From positions 1 through 60,265 of the forward strand of contig JAKATI010000003.1 in the NCBI GenBank assembly GCA_021828045.1: 60,265 nucleotides of DNA, written 5' to 3'. This DNA comes from Pseudomonadota bacterium. Its GTDB lineage: Bacteria; Pseudomonadota; Gammaproteobacteria; JAKAQQ01. Shown one piece after another: positions 22,519-31,503 of this stretch (positions within the stretch are counted from its first letter, which is position 1; each line of letters begins with the position of its first letter). Both the position numbers and the translations under genes were made by a program. A model generated the notes under the pieces. That model did no database searches, was not told the origin of the DNA, and saw only the letters and a program-made list of their open reading frames with translations.

Positions 22519-23515
22519 ACGCTCTCCCGGGTGGGGAAAACCCGAGACCCCGCTTTGCTGCTTGGTCGAGGATTCCCTCGATGAGATCCCGGTATCCAAT
22601 TCCCGCCACCCGTGCTGCCTGAGCAAAACCGGCTTCCGGATCAAGGGTGGGATTCGGGTTGAGGTCGATGATCCAAGGTTGCCCTTGGCGATCCACCCGA
22701 AAATCGATGCGGGCATATCCCGCGAGACCCAGACGCTCGAAAAGGCTCCTGGCGAGCTCGCAAAGGGTCTGGAGGATTGCACCGTCGGGGCCATCCCCCT
22801 TTGGGAAGACGCGCACCGTGCCGTGAGCCGCTGGGCTTTCTGGGTCCCATTTGGCCTCATAATCAACGATCTGGGGGCGGCCCTCTGGCCAGTTCCGAAA
22901 CGCGATCTCCGCGGGTGGCAGAAGCCGGATATGCCCCCCGACCGTCTCGAGCAGGGACAGGTTGAACTCGCGGCCTGGAATGAATGCCTCGGCAAAAAAT
23001 GGAGTGCCATAACGTCGGCTTTGGGTCTCGATCTGTTGAGTGGCTGCTGGCCATGAGGTCACCCGGGCGTCCGGGCCGAGACCCAGTGAAGCGTGCTGGA
23101 AACGGGCCTTGACGATGAACGTTGCCTCCGGATCTATGGGGCTGACCGGAGGTGTGGGCAGTCCCAAGGAACGGAGCTCGCGTTTGAGGGCCAGTTTGTC
23201 ATCAGCCAAGGCGATGACGGTGGTGGGATTGCCAGTGTACGGCAGGGAAAGACTTTCGAGTAGCGCCGGGATGGCACAGGCCAGCCGGTCCTGGCCATTC
23301 AGACTTTCAACGAGGTTGAAGACAAGATCGGGGGGAGACTTCAGAAGCTGGATTCGAAGCTTTTCGAGATCGAGATCAGCATGGGCGACCTCGCAGGACC
23401 AATCCGGGCCGGAAAGCAGCCCTGCCAAGTTATGGGCGACCCGCTCGGTCTCGGCTTCATCGGCAGTCGGGTTGGGCCCTTGGATTGCACCGTGGAGAAT
23501 GAGCAGGCGATGCAT
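22505..23515 (-). CDS. D-alanine--D-alanine ligase-like ATP-grasp enzyme (paralog 2)
   Basis: 336 aa. The N-terminal Ddl-type domain (DLVFNLVESLNGQDRLACAIPALLESLSLPYTG) is followed by an ATP-grasp fold (FIVKARFQHASLG, EAFIPGREFNLSLL, RIDFRVD...PWIIDLNPNP). Confidence 0.8.
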   Translation of the reverse strand: MHRLLILHGAIQGPNPTADEAETERVAHNLAGLLSGPDWSCEVAHADLDLEKLRIQLLKSPPDLVFNLVESLNGQDRLACAIPALLESLSLPYTGNPTTVIALADDKLALKRELRSLGLPTPPVSPIDPEATFIVKARFQHASLGLGPDARVTSWPAATQQIETQSRRYGTPFFAEAFIPGREFNLSLLETVGGHIRLLPPAEIAFRNWPEGRPQIVDYEAKWDPESPAAHGTVRVFPKGDGPDGAILQTLCELARSLFERLGLAGYARIDFRVDRQGQPWIIDLNPNPTLDPEAGFAQAARVAGIGYRDLIEGILDQAAKRGLGFSPPGRAYAGD

Positions 23516-23518
23516 GGG

Positions 23519-24517
23519 TTAGGGATGACCGGAAGCATCGGCCGCCGAGCGGGACAGGGCAGATTCCAGGATGGCTCCGATGAGCTTCGGATAGGACCAT
23601 CCTTGGGCCCGGGCCAGGATGACGAGGTCCGAACGCAGGGGATGCAGCCCTGCGAGCGGGTTGATTTCAAGGAAAAGAGGTTGGCTCTCCGCGTCGAGAC
23701 GAATGTCGACCCGGCTGGCATCGTCGCATTCGAGAAGTCGGTGGACGGACAGGGCCAGTTCAGCAACAGCAGGCTCCCGGCTGGTGGGGACAGGCCGGTA
23801 ATTGATGCGTATGTCGTATTCCTCCTTGGCCAGATACCCATAGGCCGCCTGGTCCTCCGGCGTTCTGGCGAGGATTTCAAGAATGCCCAGCACCCGGGCT
23901 CTCTGACCGCTGCCGAGGATGCCGACCGTGAACTCGCGGCCCGGAAGGTAGGGCTCGATCAGGAGAGGGCCCGAAAAGCGTGTCCGGAGCAACCGGATCC
24001 GTTGCTCGAGCCCGGCTTGGTCATCGACCCGGGAACCTGAGTCGATTCCCATTCCGGACCCCTCAGCGGCCGGTTTCACAAAGCGTGGGTAGTCGAGCGG
24101 AGGGATAGTCTCGGCTGGTTCACCACTCTTCAGGACGAAAAACGGGGCTGTCGGCAGCCCGGCGTCCCGTACGATGTGCTTGGCATGCCCCTTGTGGAGA
24201 GCCAGAGCCAGGGTGAGGGGTCCGGAAAAGGTGTAGGGGATCCCGTAGGCATCAAGCAAGGCCGGTACTTGTGACTCGCGGGCGGATCCCCGAAGGCCTT
24301 CCGCAATGTTGAACACGAGGTCGTATCGCTCACCACGAGCCAAAGCTTCCACCAAGGTGGGGAGCGATCCGACCGCAACCGGTTCGTGCCCGAAGTCCTT
24401 CAGGGCCTGACCGATGGCGGCCGGAGTTTCCGGACGATCAAACTCGGCGGTCTCCTCCTCGGTTAACCCGGCCGAGAGGTAAGACTCCCTGAGGTCATAG
24501 GTCAATCCGATGCGCAT
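23519..24517 (-). CDS. D-alanine--D-alanine ligase-like ATP-grasp enzyme (paralog 1)
   Basis: 332 aa beginning MRIGLTYDLRESYL. Blocks are DLVFNIAEGLRGSARESQVPALLDAYGIPYTFSG, FVKPAAEGSGMGI, EPYLPGREFTVGILG and RVDIRLD...PLFLEINPLAG. Confidence 0.8.
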   Translation of the reverse strand: MRIGLTYDLRESYLSAGLTEEETAEFDRPETPAAIGQALKDFGHEPVAVGSLPTLVEALARGERYDLVFNIAEGLRGSARESQVPALLDAYGIPYTFSGPLTLALALHKGHAKHIVRDAGLPTAPFFVLKSGEPAETIPPLDYPRFVKPAAEGSGMGIDSGSRVDDQAGLEQRIRLLRTRFSGPLLIEPYLPGREFTVGILGSGQRARVLGILEILARTPEDQAAYGYLAKEEYDIRINYRPVPTSREPAVAELALSVHRLLECDDASRVDIRLDAESQPLFLEINPLAGLHPLRSDLVILARAQGWSYPKLIGAILESALSRSAADASGHP

Positions 24518-25854
24518 GGAGCCGGCCCGGGCTCACCCTCGGGATCCGGGTAACGGTACGTTCCTCCAGCGTAGTTTCGAAGGAGCAGGTCATCCCCATT
24601 GCGCCCAATGACGGGATCCGGGAAGAGAGGGATCTTGCCGCCGCCACCGGGTGCGTCAATGACGTAAGTCGGAACGGCGTACCCTGTGGTGTGGCCCCGG
24701 AGTCCTTGAATGATTTCAAGCCCCTTGGCAACCGTTGTCCGGAAGTGTGCGGACCCCGAGATCGGATCGCACTGATAGAGGTAGTAGGGCTTCACGCGGA
24801 TGCGAAGGAGCCCTTGCATGAGCCGCTTCTGGGTCTCGATATTGTCGTTCACCCCCTTGAGCAGTACCGTCTGGCTGCCAAGTGGGATCCCGGCATCCGC
24901 CAGTCGTCCACATGCCTCAGCCACTTCCGGAGTCAGTTCGTCTGGGTGGATGAAGTGGATGCTCATCCAGAGAGGGTGGTATTTCTTGAGCAGGCGGGTC
25001 AGGCGGGGGGTGATACGTTGCGGGAGGACGGCGGGATTTTTTGTTCCAATGCGAAGGAATTCGACATGGGGGATTCTTCGCAGTCGGCCAAGTAGCCAGT
25101 CCAGCCGCTCATCATCAAGGCTCAGAGGATCTCCACCCGACAAGAGTACGTCCCGGATGCTGGGGGTGGACTCGATATAGGCCAGAGCCGCCTCCAGCTG
25201 ATGCTTCTTGAGGCTCCCCTCTCCGCTTGCGCCCACGAGGCGCGCCCGGGTGCAATAGCGGCAATAGACAGCACACAAGCCGGTCACGAGGAAGAGGACC
25301 CGGTCCGGATAGCGGTGGACCAGCCCCGGAACGGGACTGGTCGCATCCTCGCCCAACGGATCCTGGGCTTCACCAGGGGTGGCCTGGTATTCGGCGAGAA
25401 CCGGGATGACGGTCCGCCGCAACGCTTGGGTACTCTCGTCGGGATCGAGAAGGGAGGCATAGTAGGGGGTAATGCCGAACGGCAAGGATCCGACATGGCG
25501 TTCGATGGCAGCCCGTTCCTCGGCGGAGAGGCGGAGGATTCGGTCGAGGTCCGTCGTGGTCTTGATCCGGTGCCGTTGCTGCCAGCGCCAGTCGTTCCAG
25601 TCGCTTTTCGGGGTTGCGGGATAGAAACGTTCGCGAAAGCGTTCGGACCGCTCGCTGGTTACGAAACGGGGTCGGTAGGTTTTGGTAGCGGGGCGACGGG
25701 GTGGGGCGGTAGCGGGCTGGTGCGGAAGGATCGGGGAGAAGGGGATCCGGACTTCGTAGGGGGTATCAAAGGCGAGACCGGAGGCGGAGGAGGACGCTTG
25801 GACTGGAAGTGGTCCGGGAGGTTCGGCGTCTTCAGGAAGCGGGCTGTCTTGCAT
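24502..25854 (-). CDS. kamA: Lysine 2,3-aminomutase (KamA-family radical SAM/PLP enzyme) with a Pro-rich N-terminal extension
   Basis: 450 aa from the ATG at 25854, with a GGAG 7 nt upstream. It is colinear with clostridial and Bacillus KamA: WNDWRWQ, ITPYYASL, DPLGEDATSPVPGLVHRYPDRVLFLVT, the radical SAM motif CAVYCRYC, and DVLLSGGDPL, PYYLYQCD, VIDAPGGGGK. The tracked start at 26013 is a read-through. Confidence 0.9.
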   Translation of the reverse strand: MQDSPLPEDAEPPGPLPVQASSSASGLAFDTPYEVRIPFSPILPHQPATAPPRRPATKTYRPRFVTSERSERFRERFYPATPKSDWNDWRWQQRHRIKTTTDLDRILRLSAEERAAIERHVGSLPFGITPYYASLLDPDESTQALRRTVIPVLAEYQATPGEAQDPLGEDATSPVPGLVHRYPDRVLFLVTGLCAVYCRYCTRARLVGASGEGSLKKHQLEAALAYIESTPSIRDVLLSGGDPLSLDDERLDWLLGRLRRIPHVEFLRIGTKNPAVLPQRITPRLTRLLKKYHPLWMSIHFIHPDELTPEVAEACGRLADAGIPLGSQTVLLKGVNDNIETQKRLMQGLLRIRVKPYYLYQCDPISGSAHFRTTVAKGLEIIQGLRGHTTGYAVPTYVIDAPGGGGKIPLFPDPVIGRNGDDLLLRNYAGGTYRYPDPEGEPGPAPCASD

Positions 25855-25944
25855 CGTATGGCTCCAGTGGGATTGCTTGGGCAAGCGCTTGGCCCCGGGC
25901 ACATCCGGGGTGGTGATGGCCGACGGGACAGTCGGCGCGCATGG

Positions 25945-25971
25945 TATATATCCTTTTGACTCCAGTTGCAA
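25945..25971 (-). promoter_or_regulatory. Weak candidate promoter for the kamA module
   Basis: The minus strand reads TTGCAA-15 nt-TATATA about 90 nt upstream of the kamA ATG. The spacing is suboptimal, so this is only a candidate. Confidence 0.25.
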
Positions 25972-26043
25972 GTCCCCGTTCCCCTCCCCCCGTCCGACAG
26001 GCGAAAGAACCACGCCCCGGCGCGCCCGAAAAAGGACGGATAA

Positions 26044-26066
26044 GCGCGCCAGGGTCAGCCGCGCGC
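26044..26066 (-). terminator. GC-only hairpin after mshF (terminator candidate)
   Basis: Minus-strand RNA reads GCGCGC-ggcugacccug-GCGCGC followed by UUAUCCGUCCUUUUU. It is one of several mutually exclusive GCGCGC pairings at 26019-26081. Confidence 0.25.
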
Positions 26067-26067
26067 A

Positions 26068-26610
26068 TTACCGCGCGCGCCAGCGGTAGGGGTTGAGCTG
26101 GACCAGACGGACGCCAGCCAGCCCGGAGAGACGATGGCGTTTGCCGCGGTAGACCAGCTCGACGCGGAACCGGATGCGTTTGGGGCCGGTCAGGGGGGTT
26201 TCGAAATGACGACGGAAGCGGACGAGGTAGACCAGCGTCCGGGTTCGCCGGTCAAAGTACCAGGAACCGGGGGGAATCCGATGTCGACGGGGATGGGTGA
26301 AGCTTCCGACATAGTTGGCCGGAGGGGTGGCGAGGAATCGAATCGGATTGGTCCCTTGGAGGCGGGCGATGGCGGAAAGCCCTGCTCCACGGGCGACCCG
26401 TCCGGCAATCGTGATGCCGAGCGCGCTTTCGAGTGCCCCTTGAACCTCGAGCACGGCGGTCCTCTCGGCCGTGATCCGAAGGGGCCAAATCCGGTCTATT
26501 GCGACCGTGATGAAGATCCCGATCAGGATGACGACCAAAGTGAGCTCAAGGAGGCCGACGCTCAGGGGTCGTCGTGGCAGACGGTCGGCGGCCAGTCTAG
26601 GGGTAGTCAC
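26068..26610 (-). CDS. mshF: MshF-like pilus biogenesis protein (pseudopilin-like N terminus)
   Basis: 180 aa with a single N-terminal hydrophobic helix after a Gly (PLSVG/LLELTLVVILIGIFITV). It follows mshG as in the MSHA locus. The assignment is positional. Confidence 0.45.
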   Translation of the reverse strand: MTTPRLAADRLPRRPLSVGLLELTLVVILIGIFITVAIDRIWPLRITAERTAVLEVQGALESALGITIAGRVARGAGLSAIARLQGTNPIRFLATPPANYVGSFTHPRRHRIPPGSWYFDRRTRTLVYLVRFRRHFETPLTGPKRIRFRVELVYRGKRHRLSGLAGVRLVQLNPYRWRAR

Positions 26611-26631
26611 GGGGAGGAGAGCGCTGGGGGG

Positions 26632-27855
26632 TCAATGCTGGACGACCTGGATCAGGTCCCACATCGGCAGGAAGACGCCCAGAGCGAGGATGAGAACCAT
26701 GAGGCCCAGAGCCACAATCAGGATCGGTTCAATCAGGGCCCCCATGTTCCGAACGTCGTAGTCCACCTCGTCCTCGTAATAGGTCGCGACCTCGTCCAGC
26801 ATATCGTCGGCTGCACCGGTTTCATCCCCGACGCGGAGCATTTGGACGACGAGGGGCGTGAAGAGGCCTACGGTCTCCGCAGTCGTGCTCAACGATTCGC
26901 CACGTTCCACACCGGTCCGCATGGCCAGGATCCGTTCCCCGAGGTATTCATTGCCGACCGATTGGGCAATGAGGCCCATGGCCTGGACCATGGGGACCCC
27001 AGCGCGGTAGCTCATGGCAAAGGCCCGCGCAAAGCGGGCCAGTCCTCCGCGGAGGATCAATGGCCCGAAGATCGGCAGGCGGAGTTTCAGGGTATCCCAC
27101 CAGTAGTGACCCTTTTCCGTCCGGACGTAGATCCGTAAGGCAAAGGTTGTGAGGACGATCAGGGCAAGGACCAGGAACCAGTAATGGGAAGCAAAGTTCG
27201 AGACCGCGAGGATGATCCGTGTGGGCAGGGGCAGTTCGCCATGGAACTGGGCGTAGACCCGAGCAAAGGCGGGGATCACCTTGACCGTAATCACCGCGAT
27301 GGCGATGGCGATGGCGATGATCACAATGGCCGGGTAGCGGAGCGCGGTCTTGAGCTGGTTGCGGGTATTTTTGTCCCGCTGGAGATATTCATACAGGCGC
27401 AGGAAGGACTCCTCGAGCTTTCCGCTGGCCTCGCCCACGCGCACGATGCTGACGTAGAGCGGAGGGAATACCTCGGGGCAACGCTGCATGGAACTGGCGA
27501 GATCACGGCCCTCTTCAAGGGAGGCGAGCAGGGTCGCGAGGGCCTTGCGTAAGGCTGGAGTACGGGTGGAATCCATGAGGCTTTTGAGTCCATGGTTGAT
27601 CGGTACTCCAGCACGGGTGAGGGCGTGCATCTGGCGGCTGAACAGAAGGAGTTCATCAATCCGGACCCGACGGCCAGGCCACAGACGCTTCGTGGCCGTG
27701 AGCCAATCCGGTTCGACCGGTCGTGGCCGGATCTCGACGGGAGTGATGCCGACCGTGAGCAACTGGTTGGCTACCGCCTCAGGACCCTCTGCTTCCCGGA
27801 ATCCGGTGACGAGTGCACCACGCCGGTCGCGACCGCGGAAAGCATACTCGACCAT
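26632..27855 (-). CDS. mshG: Type IV pilus platform protein (GspF/PilC family), MshG
   Basis: 407 aa with two GspF-type repeats and three TM regions. Its start abuts the mshE stop. Confidence 0.9.
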   Translation of the reverse strand: MVEYAFRGRDRRGALVTGFREAEGPEAVANQLLTVGITPVEIRPRPVEPDWLTATKRLWPGRRVRIDELLLFSRQMHALTRAGVPINHGLKSLMDSTRTPALRKALATLLASLEEGRDLASSMQRCPEVFPPLYVSIVRVGEASGKLEESFLRLYEYLQRDKNTRNQLKTALRYPAIVIIAIAIAIAVITVKVIPAFARVYAQFHGELPLPTRIILAVSNFASHYWFLVLALIVLTTFALRIYVRTEKGHYWWDTLKLRLPIFGPLILRGGLARFARAFAMSYRAGVPMVQAMGLIAQSVGNEYLGERILAMRTGVERGESLSTTAETVGLFTPLVVQMLRVGDETGAADDMLDEVATYYEDEVDYDVRNMGALIEPILIVALGLMVLILALGVFLPMWDLIQVVQH

Positions 27856-29592
27856 TCAGGGCAGGCTTCCCTGAAGCGGGTTGACTTCGCCGAAGAGGCG
27901 CAGGACTTCGCTCAGGCTGGTCAGGCCGTCTTCGGCGTAACCCAGGGCGCGGCGGACGAGGCTCACGTAACCATCCTGGTGGCGGGCTGTTTGGGCAATG
28001 TCCGAGGACACCTCGCGCCTCAGGGCGTCGGCCAGCGGGATATCGATCTCGAGCAGTTCGAATACGCCAATCCGGCCCCGGAAACCACTGTTATTGCAGA
28101 ACGGGCAGCCTCGTCCTCTCCGCCACTCGTGGGTACTCTCGGAAAGCCCCTGTGAACCCAGCCAGGCTGTTTCCTGTGGGGTGGGCTTATGGATCTCGGT
28201 GCAGTCGGTGCAGAGTCGGCGGATCAGGCGCTGGGAAATCACGGCATTCAGGGTGGCTGCAATGAGGTAACCGCGGGCGCCCATGTTGAGTAGTCGGTCC
28301 AACCCCGTGGGCGCGTCATTGGTATGCAGTGTGGACAAGACAAGATGCCCCATGAGGGCGGCCCGGAGCGCCACCTCCATGGTTTCTTGGTCGCGAATCT
28401 CGCCCACCATGATGACATCGGGGTCCTGTCGCAGCGTGGTTCTCAGGATCCGGGCAAAATCGAGTCCGATCCGCGGGTTGACCTGGATCTGGCTGATTCG
28501 GGGTAATCGATACTCGACGGGATCCTCGACCGTGATGATTTTGACGGCTGGGTGATTGATTGCGTTCAGGATCGAATACAGGGTCGTTGACTTGCCACCA
28601 CCGGTTGGTCCCGTGACGAGTAACATGCCAGTCGGTCGTGCGATCAGTACCTGCAGGCGCGGGAGAAGGTCGGCGGGAAGCCCCAGCTGGTCGAGACTGA
28701 TGAGATCGTGAGCCGGGTCAAGCAGTCGCATGACAACACTTTCGCCGTAGGAAGTGGGCAAGGTGGCGAGTCGGATATCGAGAGTCCGGTCCTTGACCTT
28801 GAGGCTGAAGCGCCCGTCCTGCGGCAACCGGCGCTCCGAGATATCGAGCCCGGCCATGAGTTTGAGACGAGTGATGATGGCCTGACTCACCCGCCGGCCT
28901 TCAACCAGCTGTTCATGGAGAATGCCGTCGATCCGCTGTCGAACCCGGAGCTGGTTTTCCTCCGGTTCGAGATGGATATCGGAGGTACGGGCCTGGACGG
29001 CATCCTCGAACAGGGATTTCAAAAGCCGGACGACCGGCTGATCTCCCAGCATTTCGCTTTGTCCGAGCTGCTCGATGTCGAAATTGCTGCCTTCCCTGAG
29101 CTCGGCCCCGATTTCCTCCGCAAGGAGCGAAATCTCTTCCGTGCGGCGGTAGACGACATCAATGGCACGGATGAGGTCCCCTTCCGGGACAAGGCTCAAC
29201 TGCAGCGGTTTTTTGAGGATCCGTGAGAGTTCGTCATAGGCGAAGATGTCGGTCGGATCGACCATACCGATGAGCAGATGGTCCGAGCGGTCCTCGAGTA
29301 CGATGGCCCGATAGCGCCGGGCATAGCTTTCCGGAAGCAGGCGGACGGTCTCGGGCTGGAAACGGTACCGCTTGAGGTCGACGAGCGGGATCCGGAGTTG
29401 GCGTGAAAGGAAGTCAAGCAGGATCTCTTCGTTGATGAAGCCGAGCTCGATCAAGATCCGCCCTAGCTTGTGGCCGGTTTTCTTCTGTTCGAGAAGGGCC
29501 GTTTTCAGTGCATTTTCCGAAATGATTTTTTCGCGCATCAGGAGATCGCCGATGCGGATTCGTTCTGGTGGTTTAGCGAGTGGGCGGTTCAT
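27856..29592 (-). CDS. mshE: Type IV pilus assembly ATPase (GspE/PilB family) with an MshEN-type N-terminal domain, MshE
   Basis: 578 aa from the ATG at 29592; the tracked start at 29787 lies inside mshN. Has Walker A VTGPTGGGKSTT, Asp/His boxes, the tetracysteine motif CTDC...CPFC, and tandem 24-residue MshEN-like motifs at the N terminus. Confidence 0.92.
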   Translation of the reverse strand: MNRPLAKPPERIRIGDLLMREKIISENALKTALLEQKKTGHKLGRILIELGFINEEILLDFLSRQLRIPLVDLKRYRFQPETVRLLPESYARRYRAIVLEDRSDHLLIGMVDPTDIFAYDELSRILKKPLQLSLVPEGDLIRAIDVVYRRTEEISLLAEEIGAELREGSNFDIEQLGQSEMLGDQPVVRLLKSLFEDAVQARTSDIHLEPEENQLRVRQRIDGILHEQLVEGRRVSQAIITRLKLMAGLDISERRLPQDGRFSLKVKDRTLDIRLATLPTSYGESVVMRLLDPAHDLISLDQLGLPADLLPRLQVLIARPTGMLLVTGPTGGGKSTTLYSILNAINHPAVKIITVEDPVEYRLPRISQIQVNPRIGLDFARILRTTLRQDPDVIMVGEIRDQETMEVALRAALMGHLVLSTLHTNDAPTGLDRLLNMGARGYLIAATLNAVISQRLIRRLCTDCTEIHKPTPQETAWLGSQGLSESTHEWRRGRGCPFCNNSGFRGRIGVFELLEIDIPLADALRREVSSDIAQTARHQDGYVSLVRRALGYAEDGLTSLSEVLRLFGEVNPLQGSLP

Positions 29593-30646
29593 GAGTCGGG
29601 AGGGGTTTTTCGAGAAATCTGATTCTACGCTCGAGATAGAGGGTGAGTGTGGGCGGAAGCCCGCCCAGAGCGAGGGCCCGCTGGTCGGCTGTGAGAGCGG
29701 AGCGGTTCCGTCCCGACTGTTCCAGGGCAATCCCCCGGCCGGCCCAGGCCCAGGCAGCAAGGGGATGTTTTGCGATGACTTCATCATAAAGGTGCGCGGC
29801 GATGGGCCAGTGGCCGGTCAACTGGGCCAGGGCAGCGGCCAGTTTGAGGTAATGCAAATGGGCGATCGGGTGGGTTGGGGAATGGCGCCGGATTTCGTGC
29901 CAGGCGAGGGCCGTATTGCCGGTCCGGGCCAGCAGGTTGATTTGCGCGTCAAGGGCAGTGCGGCTGATCCCGGGGAGATGGATCCCTGTCAAAAGGAGCG
30001 CCTGGGCTGCCGGGAGGTCTCCGAGTCGTATGTCGAGCCCCGCCAAAGCCAGACGGATGGCAGAGTTCCGCGGTTCGAGGGACAGTGCCTTCCGGAAGCG
30101 GCGGATGGCATGGTGTTCATGCCCGTGATTCAGGTCGCGCCGGGCTTCGAGAAGGTCCAGTTGCATTGCCTCGGACGGTGTGGCGGGAGGGGCGGAATGG
30201 ATGTCCAGGGATTGGGCGATGGACACGGGCGGAGGAGGATGAAAAGCGGCCCGGGCTTGAGGTTTTGTTTGGGCAGACTGGGATAAGGGCCGCCGGGGGT
30301 GGCTTCCAATCGCAGGGGATTGTGGCAGGGGTTGGGCGATTGCGGCACTTGGGGGGGGGCGGCCGCCGAAAGCACGGGTTTGGTGGGCCTGGGTTCCGGC
30401 ACGGATCGTTGTGCCAGCGGGTCGGGGGAGGGGACGGGTTGAGTGGGTGTTTCCTCCCCAGGTCAGGAGAAACCAGCTCGTGCCGAGTGCAAGAAGGACA
30501 AAGAGGATACTGGAGAGAATTGCCGCAGGCCGGTGTGGTCGGATGTGAGTCTTGGATTCCGGAACGACCTGAATGCCAGAGAGTGCTCCCGGTGCCCGGG
30601 GTTCCCGTTTGGCCAGGTCCCGGAGAACGTCATTGATGAGACTCAT
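29573..30646 (-). CDS. mshN: MshN-like TPR protein
   Basis: 357 aa with the N terminus MSLINDVLRDLAKRE followed by a TM segment, a Pro/Ala-rich linker and a C-terminal TPR-like region. It sits between mshM and mshE. Confidence 0.6.
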   Translation of the reverse strand: MSLINDVLRDLAKREPRAPGALSGIQVVPESKTHIRPHRPAAILSSILFVLLALGTSWFLLTWGGNTHSTRPLPRPAGTTIRAGTQAHQTRAFGGRPPPSAAIAQPLPQSPAIGSHPRRPLSQSAQTKPQARAAFHPPPPVSIAQSLDIHSAPPATPSEAMQLDLLEARRDLNHGHEHHAIRRFRKALSLEPRNSAIRLALAGLDIRLGDLPAAQALLLTGIHLPGISRTALDAQINLLARTGNTALAWHEIRRHSPTHPIAHLHYLKLAAALAQLTGHWPIAAHLYDEVIAKHPLAAWAWAGRGIALEQSGRNRSALTADQRALALGGLPPTLTLYLERRIRFLEKPLPTHEPPTR

Positions 30647-31494
30647 GTCCGGCTCCAGATCCGGCTCGGCCAGGATCGTTGTGTCCGGAGGACTTCACTG
30701 TCTGCGGCAGCGCGGATGATATGGGACCTCTGGATCCGGGTACTTCCATCACCAAAGGCGGCGAGCAAGGCCTTGTGGGCCCCCAGGTTCACGAGACGGG
30801 GGACTCCCCGGCTAACACGGGCCAGCTCCCGCACCGCCCGGGGTGTGAAAAGACCGGGATCGCGTGAACCTGCGACTGACAGGCGGTGATGGACGTACCC
30901 TGCGACGACATCCGGAGCCATGGGTTCCAGTTTGTAGCTGAAGCTGATCCGCTGTGCGAGCTGCCGGAGGATCGGACGGGAAAGGCGGACATCAAGTTCA
31001 GGTTGCCCGAAAAGGATGATGTGGAGGAGCTTGGCCTTCTCGGTTTCCAGATTGGACCAGAGACGGACAGCCTCAAGGGCGGGAGAAGACAACTCCTGGG
31101 CTTCGTCGATCAGGACCACAACTCGCCCCCGATTGCGGGCCAGTTCGAGCAAGCGCCCCTGGATCGCTTCCGTGAGGAGACCGGCGCCCATGATCGGACC
31201 GAGCGGGATCCCCAGTTCTCGTGCCAGGGCACGCCGGATCTCGTTCGGCGTGAGATGGGGATTCGGCAGGTAGGCGGTTGTGAAGTGGTCCCGGAGCTGG
31301 TTGAGCAGAGTCCGGCAGAGCAGCGTTTTCCCGAGCCCGACCTCACCGGTGATCTTGAGGAATCCTTCGCCACTCTCAAGGGCCAGGAGAACGACGTTCA
31401 GGGCTTCCTGGTGACTGCCGAACGCGTAAAAAAAATCGGTGTCCGGCGTGAGATTGAACGGATATTCCCTGAACCCGAAGAAGTCGAGGTACAT
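30643..31494 (-). CDS. mshM: ExeA-like AAA ATPase, MshM
   Basis: 283 aa beginning YLDFFGFREYPFNLTPDTDFFY, with Walker A GEVGLGKT and Walker B VVVLIDEAQ. Confidence 0.85.
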   Translation of the reverse strand: MYLDFFGFREYPFNLTPDTDFFYAFGSHQEALNVVLLALESGEGFLKITGEVGLGKTLLCRTLLNQLRDHFTTAYLPNPHLTPNEIRRALARELGIPLGPIMGAGLLTEAIQGRLLELARNRGRVVVLIDEAQELSSPALEAVRLWSNLETEKAKLLHIILFGQPELDVRLSRPILRQLAQRISFSYKLEPMAPDVVAGYVHHRLSVAGSRDPGLFTPRAVRELARVSRGVPRLVNLGAHKALLAAFGDGSTRIQRSHIIRAAADSEVLRTQRSWPSRIWSRT

Positions 31495-31503
31495 ACTACG
31501 GGG

